Shown here piece by piece: positions 25,885-39,263 of a stretch of 64,000 nucleotides of DNA. A program made the translations under genes and the position numbers. The DNA comes from Trichoplax adhaerens (lineage: Eukaryota > Animalia > Placozoa): positions 1,357,199 to 1,421,198 of the forward strand of contig NW_002060947.1 of the NCBI RefSeq assembly GCF_000150275.1, read 5' to 3'. The notes under the pieces were generated by a model. That model had not been told where the DNA came from. It saw only the letters and a program-made list of their open reading frames with translations, and ran no database searches. Within the stretch, counting starts at the first letter, position 1. Every line of letters begins with the position of its first letter.

Positions 25885-28800
25885 ATGGAGGCCCAGCAGA
25901 CGGCAGCGACAGTCCGCCTAACATTTCCAAATGACCGTTTAGTTGGCTGGAGGGATAAACAAGAATGGTTACAAGTGTTTAACTGGTTATTCAGCAATGA
26001 ATGGTCGTTGCAAGAGAGAGGCATTGAACGTGTCGCAGCTTGGAAAAGCAAACGCAATGAAAAATTACCTCTTGCAATTGAATGCACAATAATGTTAATT
26101 CGAGCTTATCTTAATGATGTTTACCAACTGGTTGATCCATTGTCAGCAAGATTAACCTATTCCATGTCCTTAGTTCGGTAATTTTACTTGTACAGGAATA
26201 TTACCTAAGAAATATTATAGATGTCATGAAATATCCATCTACTGTACTAATATGATACAAATTGTATATACTTCGTATATATGAACAGATTTATTAATTC
26301 CATGACTGACCTCATGCAAAATAAATTATACGCAAGACCTATTAGTTATCTGGCAAACACGGTTAGTGGTTGATACCTCAGTGCTATTTTAACTTTGTAT
26401 AACATCCACTATTTCTCTCTATCTTTACCTGAATAATAATTGCAGTAATTTATTGCACTATGTTCTCCTTTTTCAATATTTCTTTTACAGATTGGTTTAC
26501 CAGACTGGTTAGTAGATGTACGACATGAAGCGACTCACGCTGGTCTACCATCACTCGACGTTTTGAGAACTGCATGCAATGTTGCATTAGATTGGCTCCG
26601 TACTCAGTACTGGGAGAGTCAGTTAGTATCATTTCAAGAAACTGAAGGTATTTTGATGAATAGGACAATCTCTCAGCATAAGCAATCGACTTTCGTTTAT
26701 AATGATATGTCAACTGGTTTGGTTTAGTCTTAAATCATTTCAGTGGGTAGTAGATCTATTAAGATTCGCGTACAATTCGGTTTGCTCAATTTAGCCTGCC
26801 AATAGCACAAAAATATTTAATTTGTATCTCTTAAATACCGTTTGTGGACAACTATCTTTGTTTTACAGATTTTATAGCACAATCCCTAGAAAAGTATTGG
26901 CTGGAACAAGTCGAAGTAAGCACTATAGTAATGCTAAATTATATTATTGTGACACAGACTTCCTCGAAGGATCTCTCTCTCTCTTCTGTACTTATATGTC
27001 TTATTGGATATCATAAGGTTGTAATAAGTAAAAGCAAAAAAAAGAAGCGTACATCTCCTACTGCAATATCGCTTATTAACAAAATTAAAAAGCGTGTAAC
27101 ATGTGATGACATTATGTAAGTGAATTAAGTGTTGTTTACATATTCTATTGTGAACTTTGATTGCAAGGGAAGTCGACTTTGCCTACAGTAATATACATCT
27201 TACCAATGTTTAAGATTATAATTTCAATAATCCGTGTAACTGTAGTGAAACGATGATACCCATGCTTACGAAATCGGATTTTTTCATACCGACGCTTGCT
27301 AATCTTAAGCGACTGAATCTGGATCACACAAGATTGAATTGCAAAGGTTTGCATTACTTGCAACTATTCTCACATTACGCTATATAAGAATGATGTCATT
27401 ATACTAACTTGCACAATGCATATATTCCAGCTACCCATAAGGAGTCCACGTTACCAGATGAACTTATTTATGTTTGGGAACCCATGCTACTTGAACTGCA
27501 AACCGCTTTTCAAATGTTTTTGCCTCATTTAATAACAGAAATCTTAACTCAACTTGATGAAGGTTAGCAATGAATCACCATTCGCGTACATATACAATCG
27601 AAACTCAACGTAAAAAGTGATAGCTAGTGATTAAAATTTCTGTAATTTGTTTTAGAAAATGAGGATGGCAATCCATCAAGAGCTTTTATCATCACTGCAT
27701 GGATACGTTATATTTTTAATCAAATATCTGAAGGTATAACATTCTTGGCATCATTATGCTGACAGTAAATGTGACAAAATGGCAATAATTTGCATAGGTA
27801 AATTCATTATCAATGGCAGTCTCCCAATTTGGTGGACAGTTTTAAAAACAATCTTACGATTTCCAGACCTTTTGTCTTTAGAGATTACTAAAAGGTAAGC
27901 ATTACCTTTGAGTTATAGTCTTCGTTGCAGATACCGTTGAAGACGATTATTGCCCTAATTTTATACTAAATGTATTTCCTAGATTATTCCAACTGTTAAA
28001 TCCAGAACCGAACGAAAAATTTAAGCAGCAAATTGTCAATTTAATTAGCATTTACCTAAGAACTCGACAAACTGATACAACTGAAGATAATCAGGTTTTC
28101 ATTCTATCCAACTTAGATACTGTACAAAAAATTTAACTTGTGCCATTATTGTAGCTAACTCACTGTAAACTGTGATTTTGAATACATATAAGATTCATAC
28201 GGATAAAGAGGAGTACACTCCAAACCAATTAACGGATATATGGAAGACTAATACAAACAAGTTATTGAATAACGAATGTTCTCATTTTCGTTCATGGAAA
28301 CGATGCGAAGGCAATTATACGTCACCTCAACTTAGTTCAAATTGACGAATCGATTATAATTGTCATCAATACGAGATATGACCTTTATGCATTTATTTAC
28401 TTCCTTGCTGTGTTTTAATATAGTTACTAATTTTTATAATTTATATTCAAATCAGAAAGTAACCTCAGATGGAGTCTAATGCCTATTGGAACTATTCTTC
28501 ATGAATCGGAACTCTTATCTGATGCAACTGTCACGGAAGGTATCGTACTGTACAATATTCTATTCCATGCAAGAAATTATAAAGCCAGAATTGAATGCCC
28601 ATCGCCAAGAGTATTACATTTTTCAATATATTTCTCTCCCTAATTCATGCATTGCAGGTACCCCAGATGATGAGATGGATGACCGACGCGCTGAAACGTA
28701 AGTATTGGGAAAATGAACACTACTCTTAAAATGAAGAAGTATTGTGATGTATGATATATTCAATGTTATGTCTCTATAGTAATTATCATGATCTATCAGA

Positions 28801-29027
28801 CGATTACACTAACACAAGCATAGCTGAAAGCAGTACAAGGTAATGCTAATAAACATCATTGTAAACATAATTTAATTGCTTTATCCAGTATAACGCATAT
28901 TACTTCATCAAGGGTACAAGAAATTCGACCCGACAATCATCTAGCAGATTCTAATGCAATTCCAGCTTCCGCGATTTTTTGTAGCTTGGAAATGGAAGAA
29001 AATCACGATCAAATTGAATTATTCTAA
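25885..29027 (+). CDS. LAS1L: LAS1-like ribosome biogenesis HEPN endoribonuclease
   Basis: WRDKQEWLQV...ERVAAWKSKRNEKLPLAIECT, LTYSMSLVR|FINSMTD and GLPDWLVDVRHEATHAGLPSLDVLR (RHEATH HEPN motif); ends IELF*. Confidence 0.92.
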
Positions 29028-29497
29028 TAAAGCGACATTTAGTAATAAGTTCATGCTACATTTTCATTGAGAAATCAAATTGCCAACACAAAGTGCAAAA
29101 TGCCCATGCAATTGAATCTGTTTATGGTCAATTTCAAACAATTTCGATAATAAAACATGTATAAGAAAGTTATCAAATATTTTTAACATAATGGATGATG
29201 GCAATGATGGAATTGCTCCCGCATGTGATGTAGGATATCGTTACATTGATGCTACAATATAAGCATCATTCTCAGTTTTGTAGAAAAAAAACCTTACATT
29301 AAAACGATGGGTATAGCGCCTACCATGCGTATGCTACTAGTGGTATATTGAGTTATAACTTATATTATACACTACAATACTTGTTTCTGTCTTCAGTGAA
29401 TAAAAGTCCACATTCAATAATTTGCTAATCAACGATACGATTGCAACTTGCAGTGTTTAAGTAATAGGTAGAAGAATGATTGTTAAAGGAAGTCTAA

Positions 29498-31099
29498 CTA
29501 GACGTGGCGACCTTCTTTTCTGACGCTTTACCGGTATCCATACGTTGTCTAACATCCCAGTTATATATCCTAGCCATATCTAAAATAATCTGTTAAGTTC
29601 CATATTTATCGTAATCAAGATAGATGCAACTATCAGCAAAAAATATGCAAGCATCATTTCAAGTAAGCAAGAATATAACCTACAGAATCCTCAAATTAAT
29701 CGTAGCAATAACGAATGAAAAGATACTGACTTCCACAGTCGTATACTGATTTCTTAGAAAATTTAAGTCCTCTTCCATCTTGGCTAAACTTTGTTCAGCT
29801 GAAGTTAAATTTTTGGCGAGCAATTCTATAGCATCGTCGATCTCATATTCAAGCATGACATTAGCCTGTAACAATGTAGCAGAGAGCTTAATAGAGTGGA
29901 TATGTTCAATGCATTATTTTATTATACTTGGATGATAGATAAAAGCTAGGGATAATGTAACGCATTTTTATATCGATCAAGAGTATCAACGAAAGCTAAT
30001 AAGGGGATTGATCCAATGGCTCAGTTGCAACAGTCATTTATCTTCTCTATAAATGCACAAGTAATTGTTTATTAATCCGACATTAGTCCTATCTTACCCC
30101 AAGCCACAAATAAACATTATCCGTTGGAGGAACAGTAGCTTTGGCATAGACTTGATCCGATAGTAAAAATTTCGATTCAATGGTACTATCAGACTCCTGA
30201 TATATAAAATATAGAATTGCGATAAAAAACGAATTTTCCAGTCAGTCCTGTTACTGTACGTCTGTTCAATCATAGTTCAATTAATCCCTTTTAAAATGGA
30301 TTAAATGAAAATGGTAAAGGGATAAAAATGCCTTTGAAAGCATCGATTGTCGATGTTACCTTTCTAGTTTTCAAAAATTTCACTGTATCCAATGTCTTTT
30401 TAATATCAGGAGCTTGCTCGCGTAGCCTAGTTGATTCAAGTAAATATCACATCTTTCAGTCTAGAAAGGCAATACTGTATCTACAAGGTATTCTGTAACG
30501 CCTCCATTCAACGCTTGAGTACAGATTGGTAAAGTATCGTGCACCCATGATTGACTAGGTATCGAATTGTATAGTAAGATATCGAATAACATACAACATC
30601 CTTCATTTCGAACTGATCAAATCATACTTTTTCTTTTTCTGCAACAAGTTCAATTCCATAAATTTATATTTTTGATGCTGTTCGTCCAAATCCTTCAAAA
30701 CAGACTCTGCGGTTCTATCACCAGACATGTATTCATCGACATCCTCCTACAAATTGTTATAACATCCATTATTTTTAGCCATCAATGATTGTCTATGAAC
30801 AAGGACATCACTTCAAACTTATCCATTGTATCTTCATGCCTAAAAATCAATCCATTGCTGCAGAATAGGTTGGTTGGAAAATCCAACTCTATCCTATCTA
30901 ATTCTAAGCAATGTTGGGATTTCTAACAGCATGATCATGATTCCCTATTACTCTCTCGTCATTTCTAACATTACTGTAGACTGTTACCCTATTCCATTCC
31001 ACTATAAGTGTATCAGCTTACCATGAAAGTAGCTTTCGGTATGCCATAATGTTTATTTTCAGGTTGAACAGAAGACTCTGCAGTAGCAGCGGCGGCCAT
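29498..31099 (-). CDS. VBP1: Prefoldin subunit 3 (VHL-binding protein 1)
   Basis: HYGIPKATFM|EDVDEYM...KDLDEQHQKYKFMELNLLQKKK|RLREQAPDIKKTL..., FLLSDQVYAKATVPPTDNVYLWLG|ANVMLEYEIDDA...LRNQYTTVEVN|MARIYNWDV. Confidence 0.95.
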
Positions 31100-32168
31100 G
31101 TTGGAGTCAGACTGAAGTTGCACACTGGCTATAGTATGGCGGAATCCACTATCCGTCAGTCAGAAAACAACTCACTCCAATCATAGACTACGTAATACAC
31201 AAGCATGTAGTCTGTACTGTGCTTTCAGTCACTGTACAATCGGCTGCCTTCGGTTGCGCGTGCGTACTGTAGCACGGTGCACCAGTTGGACTACCCGGAC
31301 CTTGTGGTCCAGTCCACTACTAGTACCGTAGTGCATGATAGTTAAGGTTACACCAGCTCAAAGTTGATACTGTACAGTATGGTGTATCAAGGGTGATTCA
31401 AGCATGATAGTAGTCGACTGCGAGCGATGGACGACGCTGTTTTGGACTCATTCGTGTTGTGGAACATCAGACAGACTTGTACAAGATAGAAAATCATTAT
31501 AGAATTACTCTTCTGTACAGCAACGTTGTTCCATCACGGATAGTCCCATACAGGCAAGCTTATACCTGTATGATTCCGTCAGGGACTTGTCAAACTAACA
31601 CTCTACAGTCTTTAATAGTCGCTGACTATACTAAGAAGAAAAATTCTTTCGAAATTTATACCGTCATTGCTCAATTTCTCGCTTCTATCTAGCTGGTCTT
31701 TAGTGGTCTAAGTCTACAGTAACCGGACCGCTTTGGCTACAGTACAGTACTGTACCAATTTGCACTGTACAGTACTGTAATATTACTGTACTGTACACAG
31801 TGTACAGTAGTCTTACAATTCCCTGATACTGTAGGGTACAGTACGTTGCGCATGCGCTAATTTCCTGTCGTGGACAGAAGTGGACTGTACTGTAACTGTA
31901 CCTACAGTACTGTACAGTATACTGTACTGTACTGTATGTACTGTACCAATTTGCACTGTACTGTACACTGTACAGTACTGTAATACTGTATTACAGTACT
32001 GTAGTCTAACAATTCCCTGATACTGTAGGGTACAGTACATTGCGCATGCGCTAGTCGACTGTCGTGGACACAACTGGACTGTACCGTACCGTACTGGACT
32101 CCGCTGCAAGCCTGATGTAGCTGCAAGTTCGAGCCTAATCGCCATTTGTCAAAGGAAAAGACGCCATC
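31100..32168. promoter_or_regulatory. Bidirectional VBP1/POMP promoter region with dense TACAG/CTGTA repeats and a ~190-bp duplicated module carrying TGCGCATGCGC
   Basis: Head-to-head ATGs at 31099(-) and 32169(+). Module copies at about 31747-31890 and 31938-32085. TGCGCATGCGC at 31847 and 32041. Confidence 0.75.
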
Positions 32169-33681
32169 ATGGTGAGTAAGCAGTGGCAATGGCAACTCGT
32201 AAAATCTTCCAACAATTGCTTATTTAGCAAGTAGTAGTGCCTTACTGTTGAATTAGTTGCAAATTAAATACGAATCATGTTGTTGCAGTGGATTTGGACA
32301 CGATTGTAGTCGAGTAACGCGTGTCAATACTGTTTGAAAATTTCAATTCAGTATTGTCGATTCCACTGATGACTTAGACAACTCATCAGTTGTAATTGTG
32401 TTGGTTACTTCTTCATCTTCATTCTTCTTCTTGTATTGTACTATCCACTTAGGAAAGCCGAATAGACCCAACACATGCTAATCCACAAACAAATATGGTC
32501 ATCAACCCCAATACCAATGCCTTTGGTGTACATGATGCCATGAGATTCGGGTATGTAATCAAGATGGATGAGACGTAGTGAAGCTAGCATAACCATGATT
32601 CACTTTCACTTAGCGACTTGACTTTCTTGTTGGATAATTATGTCTGTTGATGACTAATTGTCCTCCAACTTACAGCAACCAAGTAATTATACTCAATGAT
32701 CTTTTAGACCTGCTAAAGTTAGAACTACAACAGGACCTAATCATCCCTTATATCAATCGGAGCTACAGGTATGTAGGAATGAGGTAGTTTTATCCTTAGG
32801 CAGCAGATGCCTATTGTATGCCTTAGCAACCATGTTTAGTAATCATTTTAGGAAGATTGATGCAATCTTATCCATAGAAATGTAGCACTCTCAATACATG
32901 ATACTATCAATCTAGCGCATTCGGCTATCTTGCCAGTCAGTCTTTATTGATAAATGTGACATCGGTTTGATCAATCGAAGAGACTACTGTAACGTACATA
33001 GGTTGAGGATCCAACTATTTTGCAGTGGTATTGCTTAACAAATTGTAGCGCAATCTAAATTCAACTCTTCATACTCGTAGCATGCCAAAAATGCGGAAGA
33101 AATGAATCTGTCATTAATGAAACGTGTACAAGGCGCACACGGTCCTTTCAAATTACACATGGAACGTTCTGTAGCATCGAAAGTAAGCAATGTGCTGTAA
33201 TTACACCAATAGTAATATCGATTGTTAACTAGTCACTAGTCGTCATTGAATGAATATAAAATAAAGGATACATCTCTCCTAGTAATAGTTATAATCCACC
33301 AACTTGGTTTCGTTGGAATGATACCATAATTAGATCAAAAATCCAAAGTAGAAAAGTAATATACGTCAAATTATTCAGTATGAAATGCTTAATCGTTCCC
33401 ACACTTTACCTTTGTAGATGCATAGATTACCCGGTATGCACAGTCACATGGTTGCCTTAGACTGTTTAATGGGGACAGATGAAACCATCGATTTTGAAGA
33501 TTTCCTAGGAGGTCTGCTACAACATATATCGATCGATTTAGACGTGTATATGCTACCGTACGCAGTTATTCTGTTACCAATCATCCATAATTGTAACGCT
33601 GATTACATCTCATTGTACATAGATGCTAAAGACTCCGAAACACAAGTTGACATCCATGCTACCATGGAGGCGAAGTACTAA
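32169..33681 (+). CDS. POMP: Proteasome maturation protein (UMP1 homolog)
   Basis: ATG|gtgagt, then ...FGVHDAMRFG|PAKVRTTTGPNHPLYQSELQ|HAKNAEEMNLSLMKRVQGAHGPFKLHMERSVASK|MHRLPG...ALDCLMGTDETIDFEDFLG|DAKDSETQVDIHATMEAKY*. Confidence 0.92.
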
Positions 33682-36600
33682 ATGATTGAGTTAGCTTCGT
33701 GTGTAAATTCTATCTAGGTCATTACTTTCTGCTTTCAAATGATCATTAATCTACGACTTGAAGGAAGACTGTCTAACCATTGAAGAAACTGTTCCATTTT
33801 TCTGTCTGGATACAGCCAATTGCTAATATGGACATTGGACATTATACTTATTTTACAATATCGGAAGGGTACTTTGACTAACCGTTAATAGCCAGTGTAG
33901 AACTTCTATATAATTATGTTCCCACTCTCATGCGTCATAGAATAATTTACTCTTGTGGTTAACTAAACTATCGTACTATAATCTCTGTGTATATTGGCTT
34001 GATATTCTGTATTGTATACAAATACGTAGGACGATTTGCAACTATGATCAGAACTCATTACTAAGAGTCATTTTCACAATGCTGCAGTCTTAATTCTCAT
34101 GCTATCATCAATAAATGTTTCTCTTATTCGTTATTGAGATACTAACCTGCTCGTTTTAAAGACAACTTGTGTCTACTACATTAAGTATTTCTCAAGATTA
34201 ATTAGTCTTTTCTACGGCGTTACAAACATACACCTAACTCGTATGTCGTTACGAAGCAATGGTAATCAAATTTAATTTGTTACTACTTACTTGCTGTAGT
34301 ATGCATGTATCCAATATTGTAAAAGGTATCCCGCGAGGGATATCCTTACAGCTTAAACACACTTCCTAGTGTCAACTAGGCGAATTTTTTAATTCATTAG
34401 TGATCGATTATGAATAAAGCATATACAGTACTTAACGACATCCGGTAAGAATCAGTAATTTTATAGATTAATTACTGTAATACAAATAATATTTGTCTTC
34501 TCTCGGTTAAAAATTTCTACTTTTATTAATGATTTAAATTACAAAAGTAATATAGTGCAGGCTACAAGACAAGATTCTCTAGCTGGAACAAGTGATACAA
34601 GCATATCGATAGCCGTACCTAGTAACCTACGTTATGGACCATTAGAAATATACTTAGTAGTCCATGCCTATGTTAAATTCCTTTACTTTCTTCTCACACT
34701 GAAGTATTGGGACTCATTTGCACAGACTTGAAATACTGTACGATAGCTATGCATAATATATAATTAATGTATTTATATATTAAATCGATTATAATTTTAC
34801 AAAATGAGCTCAAAGTATTACCATTTATTACATACTAAAACCTTACTTACACGTTACGATGGAACATAAAGTGATCCTATGTCTGAAGATCACACATTTA
34901 TACAGTAATCAGACTGATATCTTTATCTGGCTAATTATAATCCAAAGCATAGTATCAAGTTAAATTTATCAGGTTGTACCTTTGCAAATTCGTTAAATCA
35001 CCAATATATAATGATAATAGAATAGAGAACTAATATTACCCAAAATTACACGATGACCTTAATTCACTTAATTGTCTGTCCATATTTCTTGCAAGTACTC
35101 TCAGTAAAATACTCCAGTTTCTTACACCGTTATTGATCGATGAAATTGTCCTGATTTCGCAATATAGAGGGTATACACGATTTTATTCCCTTTTATCATA
35201 ATCTCCTATGGCTGATACCATACGTGCCTTGCTGTCAAATTTTCAATTAAGTCAAACCTTGCTCATCCTAAATTGCAGCTAACAGTATTAAAAAGAAATA
35301 TGGGAGACTACCAAGAAAGAATCTTATTCTAAATAAGCTACCTTAAAGAATATGTAATTAAAGAACAATTTCAAACCGGTATTACTTCCAGTCAAGATTT
35401 TGTTTAAAATTAAGTAATTAATAATATTTACTACCGATGGCTTGCTTTATCATCACCAATATCAGCATATGCATATGAGCACTCCATATTCAATTTTATT
35501 CAATCGGAATAAAATAAAATGATTTAAAATCATCGGGAGTCGCATATTTTATAGTAAAGAAGTATAGAAGAGTATAAACTAATTATCAACCCTGAAATGT
35601 ATTCAAACAAGACGAGACAGCTCTAAATATTCAAATCGTGTTCTACTACGACCCCATACTGAGTAGCCTGCAATGTTTTAATTTTCTTTATTGGTTACAG
35701 TACTTAAAAAAATTGGAGTTTAGAGATTCAGAAGAACTCCTATTTCGAAAGAAATAAATATCTCATCAATACCATCCAACCAAGGCTGAAGCAGGAACTA
35801 ATTTTAAGCAAGATTAAATTTGATAGATGGTGTGTATTGTGCAATCGTTGTAAGGGCTTAACATACTCGTATGCATATTTCCTGTTATGAAACACGAAAA
35901 GCTCCTTCGTAATCGCCAGCCGCAATTTTTTATTAACAAACAAGTCTTTGTCGTCTATACATTGTTTATTCGATCAAACTTTATTAGGATCTGATAATTA
36001 TACGCCTATAGTCCACTCACTGAAAATTAAGTTATATCAAATACTGCTCTTAATTTGTTTATTTATAAATAAAATCTTTTCTCTGACATCGATACCCCTG
36101 ATAATTCAACATCAAGATGTCCCTATTGTCTCCTATCTTTACTACAATATTTGGAATATTATTTCCATTTTAAGACAGTCTTTTGTAGCCTTGTTATTTT
36201 CCATTGGATCGAATATTAAGAAATCGTACCAATTATTACATAATCGTGACTATAAGCTTACTAAATTTATATTTCCTCTTCCTTTATTCAAAAAATGCGA
36301 AATAACACTATAAAGCCAACAGCAACAACGCATCACTCTTTTACAAATAATCGTATGAGAACTTACTGGTGATCGCTCTTATGCCTCAAATAGTTAATTT
36401 AGATAGATGATAATAACAACTGTATCTTAGCCATGAATGTGTGATGCTTCTGCTAAACATGGCGAGAATGAATCAACATCATCCATACATTATCCAGCTA
36501 TTCGTACTAGTGTTATAAAGATATTCTTACCTTCTAAGTTTTATTACTGGACTACTAAATTAACCCCCAAAATGAGTTGAATGTCTTGTATTCCAAAAAT

Positions 36601-38430
36601 TAGCCGCTAATTTATTTATTCAGCCACAAAAAGGGCTTGTTTTATCAATAAAAATTTAGACAAAGCTGTATAGTTACGCTAAGAATAGAAGTTTAGATTA
36701 ACAAGCTAATGCCATATCGAATTTCGTCTATAAAATAAATGCTAGCGTGCAAATCTAAAGCATAGCATTTCAATGTCAAAAGAGAAGAAAACCTGATATT
36801 AATGGTATATAAAGTTCCGAAAAATCATCAATATTTCTGTCATGAGTGCTATAACTGGTAGTAACGAATAATAAATTATTTTGCTTGTTACTGACAGTAT
36901 CTGAATAAAAGAAATAATTCCAAAATTTTGAAACTTAATATTATTATTTGTGAAACTTCTAATATCTATTGACACATAATTGAGAACTTACTGCTGTAAC
37001 AGTTCATTCTTAATGCCGTTCTAGTTACAATAGCTTCTTTTTATTTCATCATCTTTGTTTATGTGTATGACATGCTTTTTCTGTAATTATAATTTTCTGT
37101 TTACTACTTGAAAATAACGCTGTGTGTATTTCCAACTCTGAATAATCCTATACCACCAACCTAAATTTCAATTGGTAGATATATATATGTGATCAAATGA
37201 TTGTTCTATCATAACAGAACAGCAATGTTACCTTAACTCCTTTCCTAGCATCTACTTATGTAATTGAGTAAGCTATTTATTGAGCTTGTACTGATTATGA
37301 GCTATATATATCCTAGTTCGTTTAAGGCATAAATACTTTGTTAAATTCTTTCATTCGTGTGTTGCACAAAGTGTAATTCTCCAATTCAATCAGATATGTT
37401 ATTATAAATAATGCACAAAATACCTCCATTAAGTATGATAACGATTTCATAATGAAATGAGAGGACGATAAGCAGCTTTCACTAGCATAAAGAAACAATG
37501 AATTTATTCATATCTTCTATACCAATATTATTAAACTTTTCATCGATTCCTATGTTATTCTTCTGTAAATAACTTGCACATTTTATGCCTCCAATCATTT
37601 CTACTATTTAATTTAATGTATTTAGTCAGCATTCACGGATACTCTAGTAACAGGCTGATAATGTTAAATTAATTAACTCGATCAGCAACTTAGCATATGT
37701 ATGTTATAAATGTGGTAATGTAGGTAAACGCAGAATAGCACAACATTCGGGAGCAATCAGTTTGCTATTGCCATTGTACTAATGTTACTTAATTCCCTAT
37801 ACGTTTGTTCCGGTTACTGCTAGGTAAAATATCCTATTTCTATCATCATTTCTACAAACTAAAATGATTGATATCCTTAATTTTCATTAAATCTTTACCA
37901 TATTTTTATTGATGCTTAAAATATTCAATGACCATTTTTATAATAGGCAGTGCGATTTCACATATCGCATTTATTAACTTAATCAAAAGACGCTTTTGGG
38001 TTATAGACATGGATATAATGCGACTCTAAATATTACACATTAGCATATCATGCAAATTTGCTTGCTTTAGCAAAGAATGATATTACAAACATCTTAATTT
38101 TTCACGGGGTTACTTTATTTACGATACGTAACCATATGATGTTCTTGTGTAATTTTACGTCATATATTAATCATAAATTATTAATTCATTTAGGCTTTGG
38201 CGTACTCTTCCATTATTGCACAATTTCTCAACTGGGATAGATGTTGAAACCACTAGACAACATCAATCCTCAAAAATAACTTGTGTAACATTTACGTTTA
38301 ATTATAATTTATTCAATACTTGAATCTATTATAAAAATAATAGATTATAGTGGCAATTTATCTTGTATCATACTAATGATCATGATTTTATCCTTTTTAT
38401 TAATCCATGTTGTCCAAATATCTTGTATAG

Positions 38431-39263
38431 GTAATTATTATGAGAGTACACGGCAATTAAAGTTGCGACATATTTTACGATATTTTCGTCCTAACAGCAT
38501 GATCATTTGTCGTAGCAATATCCTTCCTTTAATGCAAATCTAGCATCAGACAAAGACATCGACGCTATAAAACAGCGTGGTGTCGTTATTTTGATTGTTT
38601 TTTACTGCATCTTGTTATGACGACTGAGCATTGGATGTTTTAGTCATTACAAACAAAATCAAAAAGTAGAATTGTATATTTATATTATTACTAGATGCAC
38701 GTATACGCCGACCTGTCTGAATACCTGTTACTTAGTTGTCAGAGGTATTTCATACCTCGTTATGAACTAAAATCGAATTATATATATATAAACATTCAAT
38801 AAATTTTGACCCTAGTGGTCTGAGATAATAAAATCAACAGCCAATCCAAATCGTCAAATCTTACATAAAAATATAAATAAATCATTTTATCCTTCGGCAG
38901 GTGGTTATTGATCACAATTCAAAGAAAATAACGCTACAGGACGATGTTTAAGAAAAGAATTATACTATACTGCTTTATAGCTAATGAGAATTTCAGTCCC
39001 ATTTTTCTACACTTGCAGTACAACAGCCAGGCAAGTATTCTCTTATCAAGAGGCTCATTCTAATTTTATTAAAATTGAATAATTTCGTCATTTCATTCTC
39101 ATTCGAGTACCACTATTAGTTCAATAGGGTCCAATATATTGTAAACTTTTTTATCTAGACTGCTTCTCTATGGCGCTATCAAGATTAAGCCTATGGCAGT
39201 TGCTAGTCAATCTTGGATGGATATTGCTGCTACCTAGTTTAGGTTAGAGATTTACGGATATTT
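38431..39263 (+). pseudogene. Decayed F5/8 type C (discoidin)-like exon remnants
   Basis: Motif fragments in the expected order across frameshifts and stops: VLTA*S, YPSFNANL, KTAWC, EHWM, VVID, then AIKIKP..SWMDIAAT*FRLEIYGY (compare IRIxP..W..I.LRLELYGC). Confidence 0.42.

Noticed and set aside
31813-32195. Two ~100-aa minus-strand ORFs rich in Y/S/T/V/Q/C (similar ones at 62022-62620)
   Set aside because: Translation artefacts of the TACAG/CTGTA repeats.
37696-37823. Signal-peptide exon for the RTK
   Set aside because: A hydrophobic stretch and a GT donor are present, but no open ATG-to-donor reading in phase 1 exists; it may be decayed but cannot be supported.
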